64,000 nt of DNA, taken from positions 899,285 through 963,284 of the forward strand of contig MU053934.1 of NCBI GenBank assembly GCA_013239625.1, given 5' to 3'. Source of the DNA: Lama guanicoe (lineage: Eukaryota). How positions within the stretch are numbered: position 1 is the stretch's first letter; each line of letters starts with the position of its first letter. Under the pieces are notes generated by a model. It ran no database searches. It was given only the letters and a program-made list of their open reading frames with translations, and was not told the origin of the DNA. Below are positions 26,060 through 38,910 of the stretch, piece by piece. Made by a program: the position numbers and the translations under genes.

Positions 26060-26300
26060 GTAATGATAATAACAACAAACTAACGTTTATTCAGCGTATG
26101 AATTGTGCCGTGCACTGTGCTAACTGTTTAACACACATTATTCCATTTAATTGTCACAACTGTTTTTGTTCCCATTGCTCATATAAGGAAACTGGGGCTA
26201 GTAGAGTTAAGTAACATGTAAAGTTTTATCTGTGTGGGTAGAGAAAAGATTCAAATTTGGCTCTTGTGGATCCAAGGCATGTGAGTTTCACTGCCAGATA
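26060..26300 (-). mobile_element. MIR SINE
   Basis: aacgtttattcagcg...tgtgccgtgcactgtgctaa...aaggaaactgggg...agagttaagtaac. Confidence 0.75.
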
Positions 26301-26309
26301 AGTAAGTTG

Positions 26310-26460
26310 TAGTTTTATTCATTCATTCACCAGGATTTATGGAGACTTGTTCTATGCCAGGCCAAGACTCAGACCGCAAAGAGAGAGAGAGATGAACATT
26401 TGATGTAAGTGATTTCAGAATCTAGAGGGGGAGGTGGCCTAGAAAACAATACACATTAAT
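26310..26460 (-). mobile_element. L2 3' tail
   Basis: ttattcattcattcaccaggatttatggagacttgttctatgccaggc. Confidence 0.6.
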
Positions 26461-26699
26461 ATATATTCATGTCTTGTCTCCTTCTCTTAAACACAGCAGC
26501 CACTTAATACATATTTAATAAAAAATGAATGAATAAGTAAAAGGCTATAAAATGAATACACGACAACAAAAAGTTTCTGAAACTATAATTAAATTTCTAA
26601 GACAAAACTCAGTCTTGGAAGAGTGACAGAATATTTAAGATGCAAGTTTCCACGGCTTCTCTGGCTTTCTGTCCGAGATCACTGCCGCTCTGTTGCAAG

Positions 26700-27425
26700 G
26701 GATGCTCCCTGGGGTAAACAGGGCTTCAAATGTATGATTCAGTTGGTTCCAAGATGCCCCAAAGTCTCCATCATCCCCTTTAAAAAGCCAAAGAACGGAT
26801 GGAGAGAAGCAAGTAGTCGGTACGGTCTGTTCTGCCACAGCACCTTCCATTGACATGAATTATCTTGTACGTGATCAGTTAAGGGCATGATGTTTGTGTA
26901 ATGCACGAGTCATGTCAGTTCATTCAGTTTTTCCCTAGCACATTAATGCTTTGACATGATGAAGAGCAAGTTCTCCAATGATTAAGGAAGAGCTTGCCAC
27001 GGAAGACAGTGACCCTGCCACTCCAATAGACATAATGGCCAGTTTGATGGCTTTAAGAGCTACTGTGCTTTCTACATGTTAAGCTTCTGGAGAATCTGGG
27101 GAGACATTTCCCCCACATTAAAGGGATGGATTCAGGAAAAGAGTTACCCCCTGGATCATATTTTTAATTTTGATGAAATTGTTAGTCCAAGGAGCCATGA
27201 GGCCCAGGTGTAAAGCTGCCGAGGACTGACTCTGGTCTGGGTACGTTTGCCGGCGCAAACTTAACTCTGTATTTGTACGAGGTTTGTGATTGTCTTCTGA
27301 GTCTCCGGTTACAAATAGTTCTGAATGATTTTCCCCAATCCGTTCTTCCCATGAACTCTCTTATTTTTAGCGTGCAGTTTTTACAACTGCAGAACATTAG
27401 AGAAAAAATGTTTTCATTTATAGAT
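26700..27425 (+). mobile_element. TcMar-Tigger DNA transposon with transposase fossil
   Basis: 27034-27180 reads NGQFDGFK...LKGWIQEKSYPLDHIFNFDEI, followed after frameshifts by PG.KAAED*L. These are pogo/Tigger/CENP-B motifs (GWF..FK; LK..I.E.GY...QIFN.DETG; APGFKAAKDRLT). A Tigger-like right subterminal sequence lies at ~27330-27425. Confidence 0.75.
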
Positions 27426-28749
27426 GTCCCAGATTCCAGCCAGACTCTTCCTGTCTCTTGTGATCTAACTGAGATGTATTTTGGCCTCCGTCCTAGTCTC
27501 CGGAAATTCAAAGTACTCTGCTGTATTTCTGACAGTTCCCAGGGGACTTTACGTTTCTCATAGCTTCCTTGGACACTAGTCTTTGGCTTCCTTGCTGTAT
27601 GGGATATCTTACTCTCTAGTGCATGGTGTCTTGGTTCCATACATGGTCAGCCTGGATAGGACCTCAACCTCCCCACCCCACATATATTCATGCACAATAG
27701 GCTTACATTATGCTGTCTTTGTGTTGGTTGACTTTTCTGAAGATGTGTGTGTAAGAGAGGAAAGTTGGAGCATGGTTTCGATCTCAAGAACATCATCTGA
27801 TTCTCTTAACCATCTTCCCCTTCTTAGGAACAAACGAGATCTCCTCTCCTTTATATTTGTCTCTTTCATCTCGTGCAGAGTGGCTTATTTGTTCCCAGAG
27901 CTCCTGCCAACATCCATGCTTTCAGAGTCCCACCTCCTACCCCAAGAAACTTCCTAAAGTATTTCCCTTATAAAAGACAATTTCCTCCTTAAGAGAAATT
28001 CTGGTGCCGGCTTTTAAGATAATGCATTTTTCACTCCCACTCTACTTCCAAAGACTTTTGCTTTCTAGGAATCAGACAAAAGATTCAGATCCAGTGGCGC
28101 TGACTAGAATCAGAGCCCAAACGTCCCAAGGCCCCTTTTCTTTCCCTGAACTGCTGGCTGCGTGATTCTCCGTGTTCATCCCCTTGGTGCTGCAAACCCT
28201 GAAGTCTTGTGTTGAGATGGTGACATCTTGAGATGGTAGAGCCCCTGTTAGCCTGGCGCCTGGTGGGTACCAGGGAGAAGACTTTCCGCAGACCAGCACT
28301 GCATGGACAGCAGGGGCAGAAACCAAAGTTCACTAATTACAGTAGTGAGGTATTAGTTTCTGCTTCCCCCCTCACAGCACAACCGGCTCTCACCTGCCTG
28401 AAACACATTCACTTGGCAACCACAGCTGTGCTTCTTTTCTGTGTTTTCATAGGTTGCTACATGGCAAGCCCCTTTATCCCAAATGATTTGCACTGGAAGT
28501 TAAGCATTTGCAAGAACAAACACTTTGCAGCCTTTTTGCACAAGCTTGGAGATTGCATTTCCTGTTTCTACTATTCTTCTACCTCCTTGCAAAAAAAAAA
28601 AGTGTCATTTGCCCATCCAAAAAAATATTTCTTTCTTTGTCTATCAGACGCCTGGAACTGTGCTAAGCTTTGAGGATTTGAAAGGATATATGATAAGTAT
28701 TCTTAGCGGGATCTGGTGTCTCTTGGGTGTTGGTTAAAGATTTTCAGTT

Positions 28750-28930
28750 CATTGATTGAGTCACTCATTATTCAAAATCTGTTCAGTCTTTGATGTGCCG
28801 TGTGAAGCGGTCATAATTTAGCGGCAAACAAGACAGACACTCTCACTGAACCTCTTGGATCTTGAAGTCTGGGAGCAAATGCTGGTAGTGAGCAAATAAC
28901 TCCAAGTGTCAAAAGTGCAGTAAAGAAAAA
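28750..28930 (-). mobile_element. L2 3' fragment (continues at ~29190-29350)
   Basis: cactcattattcaaaatctgttcag...gcaaacaagacagacac...; downstream gagacttcctggaggaggtgatcttt. Confidence 0.55.
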
Positions 28931-28939
28931 TCATAATGA

Positions 28940-29180
28940 TAATGACAGTGACTGACAGTTATTGAATTCTTGTTATACGGCAGGGACTGTTCTGTGTGAT
29001 TTATATGCTATAACTTAGTTAATGCTCACAACATTACTCTCCCGATTTAATACTAAAAAGAGGAAGCTAAAGCACAGAGAGGTAAAGTAATTTGTCCAAA
29101 GAGCACAGCTCGTAAGTGATAGTTATGGGTACAACTCCAGGACTAGGGATTCTAGCTGCCACACTTTGAACCACTCTTTT
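28940..29180 (-). mobile_element. MIR SINE
   Basis: gaggaagctaaagcacagagaggtaaagtaatttgtccaaagagcacagctcgtaagtg. Confidence 0.8.
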
Positions 29181-30199
29181 GCTGTAACCAAATCTGCAGG
29201 GGAGACTTCCTGGAGGAGGTGATCTTTGGGCTGAGACCACAAGTCTGGGTAGCAATGGGTTAGATGAAGAGACCAGAGAAGCACATTCTGAGGATGAGAA
29301 AATGGCAATCATGAAAGCTTCTGAGAGACCAGAGAGAATGTAGGACTTTTGAGTCCCTGAGGAAGTCTGGAAGCCCTCGAGTCCTGCTACCCACCTCACA
29401 GGGCCCACGACCTCCGCGCCTCTGAGGCCAGGTCTTTGGGGGAGCTACACAGTGTGCTTAGCAAGAAGGTTTAACACCCCTTTCAACCCTTGTCTTGAGG
29501 GCACAAGCAAAATCCACTTACAGAAGAGGGCTCTGAGTCCCCATGCCCTGTGTCAGTAAGATGAGTCCTCTGGTCCCAGATCGCCTCCGCCAGCGAGAGC
29601 GATGTCTGCTGGAGGCACCGGGGGAATTCGTGGAGAATGGTGTAGTTACTGAGGTGACAGATCAAGTCTTCTCGAAAGAGCCATCCCCAGAGGTGCTCCC
29701 AGACTTGTGACTTGAAGTATAGAAAACCTCTCCTTTTTTTCCACTTCAGTGGATATTTGATAGTTTTGTGGACCTGTGGGAAGGAGCGTGAGAGTTTGGG
29801 AAGAGCAGAGGGAGGCAAAAGAGATCTGTTTTGTTTCTTTTTGAATTGGAGAAAAATGCGTGTCAAGCCAAAGAACAGGATAGAGCAAAATTCTGTCAAC
29901 TTCCTCCTCCTTTCCCCTGCCTTCTACCCTACCCTAACTCCTCAGCCTTCTTCATCAGTCGAGCAACAATTTGGAGACTGAATGGTACCTGAGCTTCTTG
30001 CTTCTAAGATCCCAGGCACCTGCAGCTCACAAGGGCTGTGCAATTTTACAGCATTTGTGGGTATGACATGATCACGCTCACACTGCCATATTTAGGCTCC
30101 ATTAATTTGTTTATTTACTTCCAAAGGCAAACATTCACATAGTTACTCTTGCATTCATTCTGCAGATGTGTTTTGATGTCAGGTCTTTGTTCAAATCAA

Positions 30200-30385
30200 A
30201 GAAGTGGGTACTAGTTTCAAGCTGTGTGACTTTGGGCAAGTCACATACCCTTTCTGAGCCTTGGTTTGGAGAATGGAAAAAAAATAATATGACCCATCAG
30301 GATTTGGGGCAGAATTAAGTGACATAATTTATGTCTGCCAGTGTTCAATAAACTGTAGATATCATTAATAATATAGTTATTATTA
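30200..30385 (+). mobile_element. MIR SINE
   Basis: agctgtgtgactttgggcaagtcacataccctttctgagccttggtt. Confidence 0.75.
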
Positions 30386-31329
30386 CTAAATTACAGGTTT
30401 TAGGACCATTATTAATGAAACAAGTAATTATTAAGGAAGAGCTTTTGGCCAGTGCTAAGCTGGGTCCCATCAAGATGAGAAGAGGTGGTTCCTACTCTTC
30501 AGAAGCCCTCCAACCAGTGAGAGAGGTAGACCTCTAAATGTGGCAGAAGCATCCAAGAGAATCACAAGAGTTAAGTCAAGCCTGCCGAATGAGAAATAAC
30601 GGAATAGGAGGAGGAAGCAGAGAGCTAAAGGAGGCTCCTGGAAGTGGGGGCGAGCTCTCTGAAGGAGTCCCTTCCCCGGGGGAGGGCACTAAGTTTGCTC
30701 CATGGAACTAGGAAGGAAACCCTCAGAGAATGTGCAAGTGTCTGGCCAACGAGAACGTCCCCAGTGCGGGGTCTAGCCCTTTTGGAAGGCTTTCAGTGCG
30801 TGGCAAGAAAAATGACAGGCAAGAGGGCAAAGACATCTGCTGGTCCAGTTATGAAGCATGCTTGGAAGAATCATGCCAGAGGCATAATTTGGCCTCATGC
30901 AGGGGAGAGTCTGTGACCCAGAGACATTGCCTTAGGCGCTCTGGCTGCCAAGCAGTAGCATCTCCAGCTGCACTGTCTGGGCTAGGGGGACACAGGGACA
31001 GGGCCCCGTCAGGCAGTGGTAGGAATGTTACGTCTGCAGATAGTCTGGGTGTGGGAGGATGCAGCCTCAGTGTGTGGGAGCCAAGACAACATGGGCACAG
31101 AGAGGAGCAGTCTTCCTTAAGACACCTCACGAATCATTTTTCCATTTCTTAAGCCATGTGTGTGTTTATCCATCCACACACTCATCCATTCAGTGGAGAG
31201 CCTTCAGTTAAAGGTCAAACAAAAGTGCATGCATGGACCAATGTTTCATTTGTAGAACGTTAACAAGCAGGAACTGAGCTGTGGAACAATACATTTACTA
31301 GTATCTTTTGCTCTAAATACCTTTGGGAC

Positions 31330-31790
31330 AATAATCCTCTACATCACAGTATGATGAAGGGGATAGATGTAATGCAGGTATGCACAAAGATGGCTGAATG
31401 ACTCATTTGGCCTGCGGAGAAATGAGAGTCTGGGATTAATTCAAAGACATGGAGATACTTTAGCTGAGGTTTGAAGAAAAAAAATTTATATTTGCTTGGT
31501 GAGCTTTGAAATTGCAGGCAGTGGAGACATCAAATGTGAAGGCACGAGGGTGTGGAAGAATAAGGTGCATTTGGAGAACTGTGAACATTTTGGTAATGAT
31601 GGAGTTTACAATGCTTTGGAGGAAGTGGTAAGAAAAAAAGAATTGGGAAGTAAATCGAATCTTGGCGCCCTTATGTTCTAGTCTCAGGAACTTGGACTTA
31701 CTCAAGAAAATGATGGAAAGAAACTGGAGATGCAAAGAAAAAAGAATGATCCTTGCTCACGAGGAGCCCGCAGTTAGGTAGGAAAGAAGG
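31330..31790 (-). mobile_element. L2 fragment
   Basis: Purine-rich antisense L2: tagctgaggtttgaagaa...ggcagtggagacatcaaatgtgaaggcacgagg. Confidence 0.55.
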
Positions 31791-32139
31791 ACAGATTTTA
31801 TGCAGGAGAATCACGTGACCAGGAAGAGCCACAGGCCACATTTCGCAGGGCCAGCCCTCCAGGGAGTTCCTGCTTTTGAGCTGTGCCTGTCTTTAGTTGA
31901 CTCCCAGTGCTTTTCTGTAACTTTCAAAGCAAACAACAAAAGCGTTCAAAAGTAGAGATTTTGTTGAAAGTGGTGTGCGTTGCTTGGTTAAACTTTTCCA
32001 TTAGTCATTTCTGATGCTTTTCCCTAACGTCTTCTCTCTTCCTTACCCAACCTTTTAATGTCTCTTCCACCGTTAGGTACATTTCCTCTCTTCCCCTTAA
32101 CTTGCATATCCCACATAGCGCAAAAAGAGCCAGTTTCCC

Positions 32140-32502
32140 CAGTTGTTACAAACTCACATGCTTTCAAAGATTAGGCAGTTAAAATAACTCAGTGGAGTGG
32201 GGTGGGTGTAAAGCAATAGGGAACAGTGGGAGCTGGGACAAACTGGGGAGTACACCCCTCATCTAGGGGTACAACAGCCCCCTCACTCCATTGGACTGTT
32301 GCCTTTTGGAAATGCTGGCCCAGTATGGCCAAATGTTCCATGTTTTTCAAGGCAAATAATTTAGACTTTTAGCCAACTCTCCAGTTTGATTTTCATTGTT
32401 CATGTGCCAATGAATTTCTTCTTTTAAAAATACTCAGTGGGTCAAACACATCTGAGGGTTTGGCCAGATGCGGCCACCAGCCCTCCAGCATGTAAACTCA
32501 GA
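32140..32502 (+). mobile_element. MER102 (hAT-Charlie)
   Basis: ttacaaactcacatgc...gggtgtaaagcaatagggaacagtggg...ggaaatgctggcccagtatggcca...gtgggtcaaacacatctg match the recalled MER102 consensus. Confidence 0.75.
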
Positions 32503-32792
32503 GATTGCTCAACCTCAGTCTTCACAGAGCCTGCTCTCGGGCCATCAGTTTATCTGGTCACGCATGCTCTAGCAATACTGCATTGCCCACATTGTAGACA
32601 GTGGATTGCAGCAGAAAATTTTGCAAGTAGTTAAGACCTGCTATGAGGCTTGCCTGTGATCCACAAGGGAGGGGACCTGTGTCAGGCTATGACAGAGTGG
32701 TATGAACCTATAAACCTGAGTGTCTGGGGGAAAGAGCCCGCGGTTTGGAGTCATGGGCTCTGGTTCTTACTCTGCAGGGTCACTAGAGTTCA

Positions 32793-33273
32793 TGTTAAAG
32801 AAAAATTTATTCAGACACTTATTAAAATGGTGCAGAAGACATTTTTACTCAGGACTATCACAATAGGTGTCAAGACTGTTGCAATAAGGGAAAGAGATTG
32901 AGCTCAACACCAAACACAGCAAAGACAGCTGGGGATTTATAGCCATAAGCAGCGTGAAGGGTCCAAAGGATGGAAAATTACTAAGATGAGACACTAGTAG
33001 TAGGGAAATTCTTGCTAAACCAACTTAACAGGACTCTTGCTGAAGGCAGCCAAGGATTTACACATCAAAAGTGAGGGATGAAGAACTTGATCAGATTATC
33101 TAGGGTGACCGGCTCATCAAGGTTAGAGGGTCCTTGACAAACTGACTTAGCAGGATTCTTGCTAAACCTGGGCTATGTAGACATGTTTTAAGACAGGATG
33201 GGGGCCAAGGTCGAAGCTTTTTCAAGAAGGCAGCTCCGACTGACTAAAGTTGAGTCAAGGAGAGTCTTTGTCA
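32793..33273 (-). mobile_element. MER31 (ERV1) solo LTR
   Basis: TG...CA ends; reverse strand begins tgacaaagactctccttgactcaactttagtcag (MER31 start); interrupts a MIR. Confidence 0.8.
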
Positions 33274-34494
33274 GTGGAAACTGACCCTCCTTCCTGCGTT
33301 TCAGCTTTTCCGTCTGTGAAACGAGGGAGTCACTCTACGAGGGGGTGGCTTTCTCTGGTTTTATAACCAAAATCCTCATTCAGTGAACCCTCCTTGGTCT
33401 TTCTGAGGCTCAGCCCCAGGCTGCCTTCCTTGGTCCAGATCAGCATCCAAACAGCTAATCCTGCCCACTCTGCCATGAGCAGAGCCCCTGTAGGTATGTC
33501 TTCTTTGCAGCAGACCCCACCCAGGCTTTTGCTTGGCTGCAGAGTGGAATAGAATCAACTCACACCTTCCTTTCTCAGCTTCTCTCAAAGAAACAGTCCC
33601 TTCTTTTCACTCTGTTTTTAAAAAGGAGTTTTTACTTCTGATTTGTATGAAAAAGCAAATAAAAAAAAAAAGGCTCTGATTTCCACAAGCTCTCGCATTT
33701 TTCTTTTCCTCAGAGTCCTTCATGACTTTCTCACTAAGATGGTGACTTCAGCTTTGTGTGCATTCCTGAAGGAGTCACCAATTTTTTTTTTCTATTAGTC
33801 TTGACTTCAGAGAAAGAGGCCACATTGTCCTGTACCTACCTCTACAAAGGCTTCCTTCCTAAAATTTTAGTCTAAAGAGCCTGTCCAGGGAAAAGCATAG
33901 GAGCTCTTTCTTCTGAGCTGAATTCTTAATGTTGATGAAAATGTTCAGACTGGCAATCCTTGAAATCCCTGAGCCTTGTCGTCCTTCCATACCCAGTCTT
34001 TTCATATCCCTTCCATGGCCAGGAGTATTTTAACCTCCCCCTTGGCTCGTATATCAAATCGGCACACCAGGAAAAAAAAAAGCCAAATATTTGCCCAGTT
34101 GTTGCCAATTCCTATGGCTTCAAAGATCAGGCATTTGGAACAACTCTAGCGATCATAGCACTCAAGCATAAGATAGGAGGCGATCAAATGGAATTTGTTT
34201 TAAGAAGCTCTTAACACCCAGTTTGCGTGTGTCTGCAGGTTCCCTGCTTAGAAGGTCCATGAGAAGAGTGATTGTCTCTCTTCTTCCTGCCATGATATCC
34301 CCTCTGTGCCAACTGTCTGGCCAATTGTAGGGGCTCAATAAATATTTACTAAGTGGACAAACAACAACTGAAAGTCACTCAAGGAACAGATGGATTAGGA
34401 GTGTGGATTTCCATAAATTCCAGCTTCAAACACGGATCGATCTTCCTGATTCGATTCTAAGTTCCTGTAGCCAAGAGTTCTGTCTTTACAGTAG

Positions 34495-34720
34495 TGACAA
34501 TGACAGCTTTTACCATGTAGCCCTGCTCATTGCAAGTCATTTTCTCTTTCACGGCTTGCCACAACCTGAGGCATTATTGTAGGTATTTACAGATGAGAAA
34601 ACTAAGACCTGAGAAGGGGAAATAATGTATGCAGTTCCTAGAGTTTGTTATCTGGAGAGTCTGAATTTGAACCCAGGTTCATCAGCCTGCAACACAGAAC
34701 TTTCTCTATGCCATGTGCTG
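34495..34720 (-). mobile_element. MIR SINE
   Basis: tttacagatgagaaaactaagacctgagaagggga...tgaatttgaacccaggtt. Confidence 0.7.
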
Positions 34721-34819
34721 TCCTCGTATTCACCCTGAGATGCATTTGTAGCTTTATGAGGCGGAAGAAGGCACAGAGCCAAGTTAGCTTCTTTTCAGAC
34801 CCAGCCTTGATGTTCTAAT

Positions 34820-35464
34820 TGTTGCTGGTGGATCCAACCCGTGTTCCAGGTTCTTGTCCCATCCCAGAAAGAATTCAGAGACAAGACGTAGAGGTTAAGA
34901 AAAGTAAAGTGAGGATTTATTAAAGGATGGATAGTACACTCTCAAAGGGAGACTGGGCAGGCTCAGGCGAGCGGCTGCCCTGAGTTTCTTTGGCAGGTTA
35001 GTTATATAGAGTGTGAAAATGAATGGGCGGAACATTCATTGAGGTGGGAAGGGCTTGGGGTCATATTTCCTGATTGTTATCCCAACTCCACCTTCCCAAA
35101 GGAAGGAGGGATTTTTGTCCTTATTTATTCTGGATCGGAAGTGTCACGGCATAGGTGCATGATGGGTACTTCTGACCTGTAAGGCTAATTTTATTGAAAT
35201 GAGGGCATAATGAGCAAAAGGTTACATTTGGACACTGGAAATTTCTGCCTTTTCTGATCTTTCTTTGTTGGTCTCCAGGCCAAAAGGTGTGGACCCTTAT
35301 TATCCCAAAGGTGCCTGCTTTTCTTTCTCTGCCCAGGGACCCCTGGTGTTTACATGATGTATGTTTTCCTGCATTTGGCCCGTGCCCCTCCTTTCTGCCC
35401 AATTCCTGCCATTTGGTCTGTGTCCCTTTCTCTGCTCATATCTAGCTGTCTGCCTGCTCTAACA
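34820..35464 (-). mobile_element. Relatively young ERV1-type solo LTR (645 bp)
   Basis: TGTT...AACA termini; perfect 4-bp TSD TAAT (34816-34819 and 35465-35468); reverse-strand TATA (ttatata ~35002) and AATAAA (tttatt ~34916). Confidence 0.85.
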
Positions 35465-36279
35465 TAATGGCCTTGCATCTTCCCAAGATAGCAGTTGGGA
35501 GTGAGAAGCAACAGGTAGGACTCATGTGGCTGTCCAGAGGCATTGCCATGATTCTTCCATTGCAACATATTAAGTTTCCATCTTGGATGTTCCAGCATGA
35601 ATCAAATCTCTCTCTGAAAGCCTACCGTCATAGAATTTATTTCCCCAGGTGACCTTCCCGTTATTTTTTCTTCTGTTCACATATTCGAGAAAAATCAGAG
35701 ACAAAGTGTTGGGTCAGATTTCAAGGATAATTAACATTTACTTTAGAAGGAATGTCAAGAAGAGGCTGACTCCTGAGATTACTGAGTCTGTTGGAAATTA
35801 TGGCCTTCTCTAGGGCCTCAGCTTCATTTATTCATTCAACAGAGACTTGTTCAGCACCATCTAGAAGATATGCCTTATGTTCATAATTTTATGCCCTTGA
35901 ACACAGGCCTGAATGAATATGGACTTTATATTTCCGTAGGCCAACATCATCAATTTATTTATAATATGATTATTGAGTCTTCTATGCATACGGCTGTGTT
36001 TGTACATTGTGGACAAGATGTGGCATCCAAATTTAATGACCACTGGGTGTGGGGGGATGGGTTTTTAGATGTTTCTTCTTAGATGACTAATTTGAGAACG
36101 TTTCTGTTGTTTCCACACTGATGTTTATAGTGGTGGGATGGTGTGTGTGTGAGGGGTTCCGTCTGATCAAAAGCCAGATGTCCTTCTAACCCTTGGAGGT
36201 CAGACAAGCTCACTCACCAAGGTGCTGCTGGGGTTTGCCCACAGCACGTGTCCTGTAAGCAGGCGTACTGAGGACACTG

Positions 36280-36430
36280 TTGACGTCAGGCTGTGAGCTG
36301 TTAAATTCTAGTCTTGCTCTTTGTTGTTGTACCCTATGGGTCAATTTTTCCCCATTTATGTCTACAAATATAAGAGCTTTAAAAGGTGAAAAAAATCTTA
36401 ACATCTTAACAGTTGAATCTTCTCTTCTCC
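36280..36430 (+). mobile_element. MIR fragment
   Basis: gtcaggctgtgagctgttaaattctagtcttgc...tgtaccctatgggtcaa. Confidence 0.45.
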
Positions 36431-36699
36431 ATCCGAGGAACATCCCCAGGGAGCATGTTAGAGTAACTGTGTATGGTAGGTAAACTGTTTCCTGAGGAGA
36501 ACAGGTCAAATTCAGGAAGCCAATTATTAACGCATTAACCAAACATGAGTTCAGCAAGGATGGAAAAACGCCATGTCTCAATGTTCTGAGCTTTCCTGCT
36601 CTCATACCATCATAATGCAAAAAGGAAACAGACCAGTTTCTTCTATTCTAGAGAACTCCTTCCTCAGGAAGGTTAGAGAAAACAAATTTGATGGGCCAT

Positions 36700-37150
36700 G
36701 TTCACAGAAAAAGAACTCTGTCCTTATCCAATCTGCATGGTTTCCATCCTTGTAAAGCCCATAGGCTGGTGGGGGATGCAAGTAAGCAAACAGACAAATT
36801 TCTTATGTTATATAACAGGGCAGAAGCTGGGTGCCATGGAATCACATTTTTGGAAAAGTTTACACAGTCTCAGAGGATTGGCAGAAAGCTTTCAGTAGGA
36901 AGTTGCATTTAAAGCTGAAGGATGACCAGTAGCTGGCCACAAGAAACAGAGGAGGGATGGTGGTAGTTAAAAAAAAAAAAGTGTCTGGGGCTTGGGAAAT
37001 AGCATGTGCAAAGGGCCGGAGGTGCAAAGAAACATGGAGACAATAAGGAATGCAATTAATTCCGTAAGTCTAGATCATAAGATAGGGTTGGAGTGAGGTA
37101 GGTAGAAGCCTAGAGGAAGGAGGTTGGTGAGGTGAATTGGGGGAGTCCAG
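36700..37150 (-). mobile_element. L2 fragment
   Basis: gggaaatagcatgtgcaaagggccggaggtg, a hallmark antisense L2 motif. Confidence 0.7.
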
Positions 37151-37595
37151 CTAAACATAAAAACCAGAGAGGTGAGCATGTCCCCAAACCATGCAAGGCT
37201 TTATACCACAAGTCATTTCCTCCATTGACGCTGGGGTTGCATGTGACTCAGTTGGTTTGAGCCAATAAAATGGTAGCAAAGGAGTGAAGATCACTTTCAC
37301 ATTTAGTGCTTACTCTCTTTTTCTTGCTGCTTTTGGGACTTAGCCACCGTATAAAGACATTCAGACTAATCGGCTGAATGGTGGGAGACATGTGTCCCAG
37401 CTGTCCCTCTCACCCTAGGAAATCATCAGGCATCCAGCGACAGCCAGCCCTCCTGGAATTATATCTAGGGCTTGTCTCCTAGAACTGAGGTGTCACAGAG
37501 TGTAATTTAAGGTCTACAAAAAAGCAAGCTCTCTCGAAATGGCTTTCCCAAAGTGGGGCACTCAACACTGCTGAGACTTGAAATGAGTTTAGGTG

Positions 37596-37920
37596 TATAA
37601 AAAAATGAATACAAAGAAGACTCAACCAAATAGAGTCAGGAGACCTGAAGGGGGTGCTCTCACACCCTGCGATGACAGCAGAGCTGAGCAGGAGGACTCC
37701 TCTTCTTTCCTGGCAAGGACTCACCAATGAAAAGCCAGAGTCCTTGTTTACTGTGGCCCTCTCAGCTTCCTCTTCTTTAAAAGTATTTTTCCCTTGCCAT
37801 GCGGGGACTTGCACGTGGCTCACTGTGGTTGCAGACCCTGAATTGCAATTCCCTGCTGATTCTGAATAAGCCCATGTTTGCTGGAGAAATATCTGGCAGT
37901 CTATTTATTTTGGGTCCACG
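37596..37920 (+). mobile_element. ERV1-type solo LTR (~325 bp)
   Basis: Flanked by GGTG on both sides (37592-37595, 37921-37924); degenerate TG/CA ends; CCAAT, tttaaaa and aataag in LTR order; 3' end gctggagaaatatctggcagtctattt resembles artiodactyl LTRs. Confidence 0.65.
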
Positions 37921-38769
37921 GGTGGTGCCTGAGATGTATTTAGGTGCTGGGCAGCCACGGAATTAAATAACATTGAGCGACAAATTGAGACAGTTAGTTG
38001 TTTTTCAATGTCCATATTTCTGATTAAGGCAAGCAGAAAGTCCCAGTTAGGTGTCAGCGTATCTTCAGCAGCATTCTAACCCTTGCTATAGTACATTTTA
38101 ACAAAGATATAGCAGGCCTCAGGCTCAAAATCTTTAGCAAACAGCACTTTAGAGCTTAATAACATTATTGTGCTTAAGTAGTGTTTATTCCCTATATATG
38201 ACTGCTGGTTTGTGGAAGGTGGTTCTGGTTTTTTATTAACAGAGATTCCTGTTTAAGTAAATCTGAGTATGATGTGAGCAGACATAAACCTATATAGTGA
38301 GTAAATAATAATATTAAAGGTATTTGGATATGGCAAAAAAGAGGGAAAAATATCTCGAAAGTGGTATAGAAATGACCTATGCTTAGGAAAAACTGCCCCA
38401 AGGCAATCCATAGACAGCCTTTGACTGCAGAGTAGGCAGCCGTATGATTAAATAGTGGAGAGTGGTGAGTTTTTCATATTACAAAGAGGCTGTTTGGCAA
38501 GTTAGTTTGAGCAGTGGGCTTCTTGCCCCAACTCAGGGAAGGATGCCTGGATTATCCAATGGAACCCATCTTGCCATTTGGCAACTCCCTTTCCCCAAAG
38601 CAAAAGCATTTTTGGCCAGATGGGTACAAATTCTTGAGAAATCTGACATAGTGATTTGGCTTCCAGACTCAGATTTCACACGTTCTCCAAGTGGCAGCCA
38701 AACTTGTTGGTTTTCATAGAGTCAGTCCTCTAGTACAATAATAACCATTTTCCCCTCAGTCCTGTAAGC

Positions 38770-38910
38770 ATTATCCTGTTAGAATATGACCCCTTGAAGG
38801 CCAGGACTTGGTCTATCTTGATCACTGTATATCCCTAGGGTCTAGGACGGTGCCTGGCAGACAGCAAAACAAAGTATACATGAAAGAGTGGCTGAGTGAA
38901 TAAATGAAAG
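38770..38910 (+). mobile_element. L2 3' end
   Basis: cccttgaaggccaggact...tcactgtatatccctagggtctaggacggtgcctggca...gagtgaataaatgaa. Confidence 0.8.

Noticed and set aside
27182..27640. 152-aa minus ORF
   Set aside because: Largely antisense to the Tigger remnant; no recognisable protein motif.
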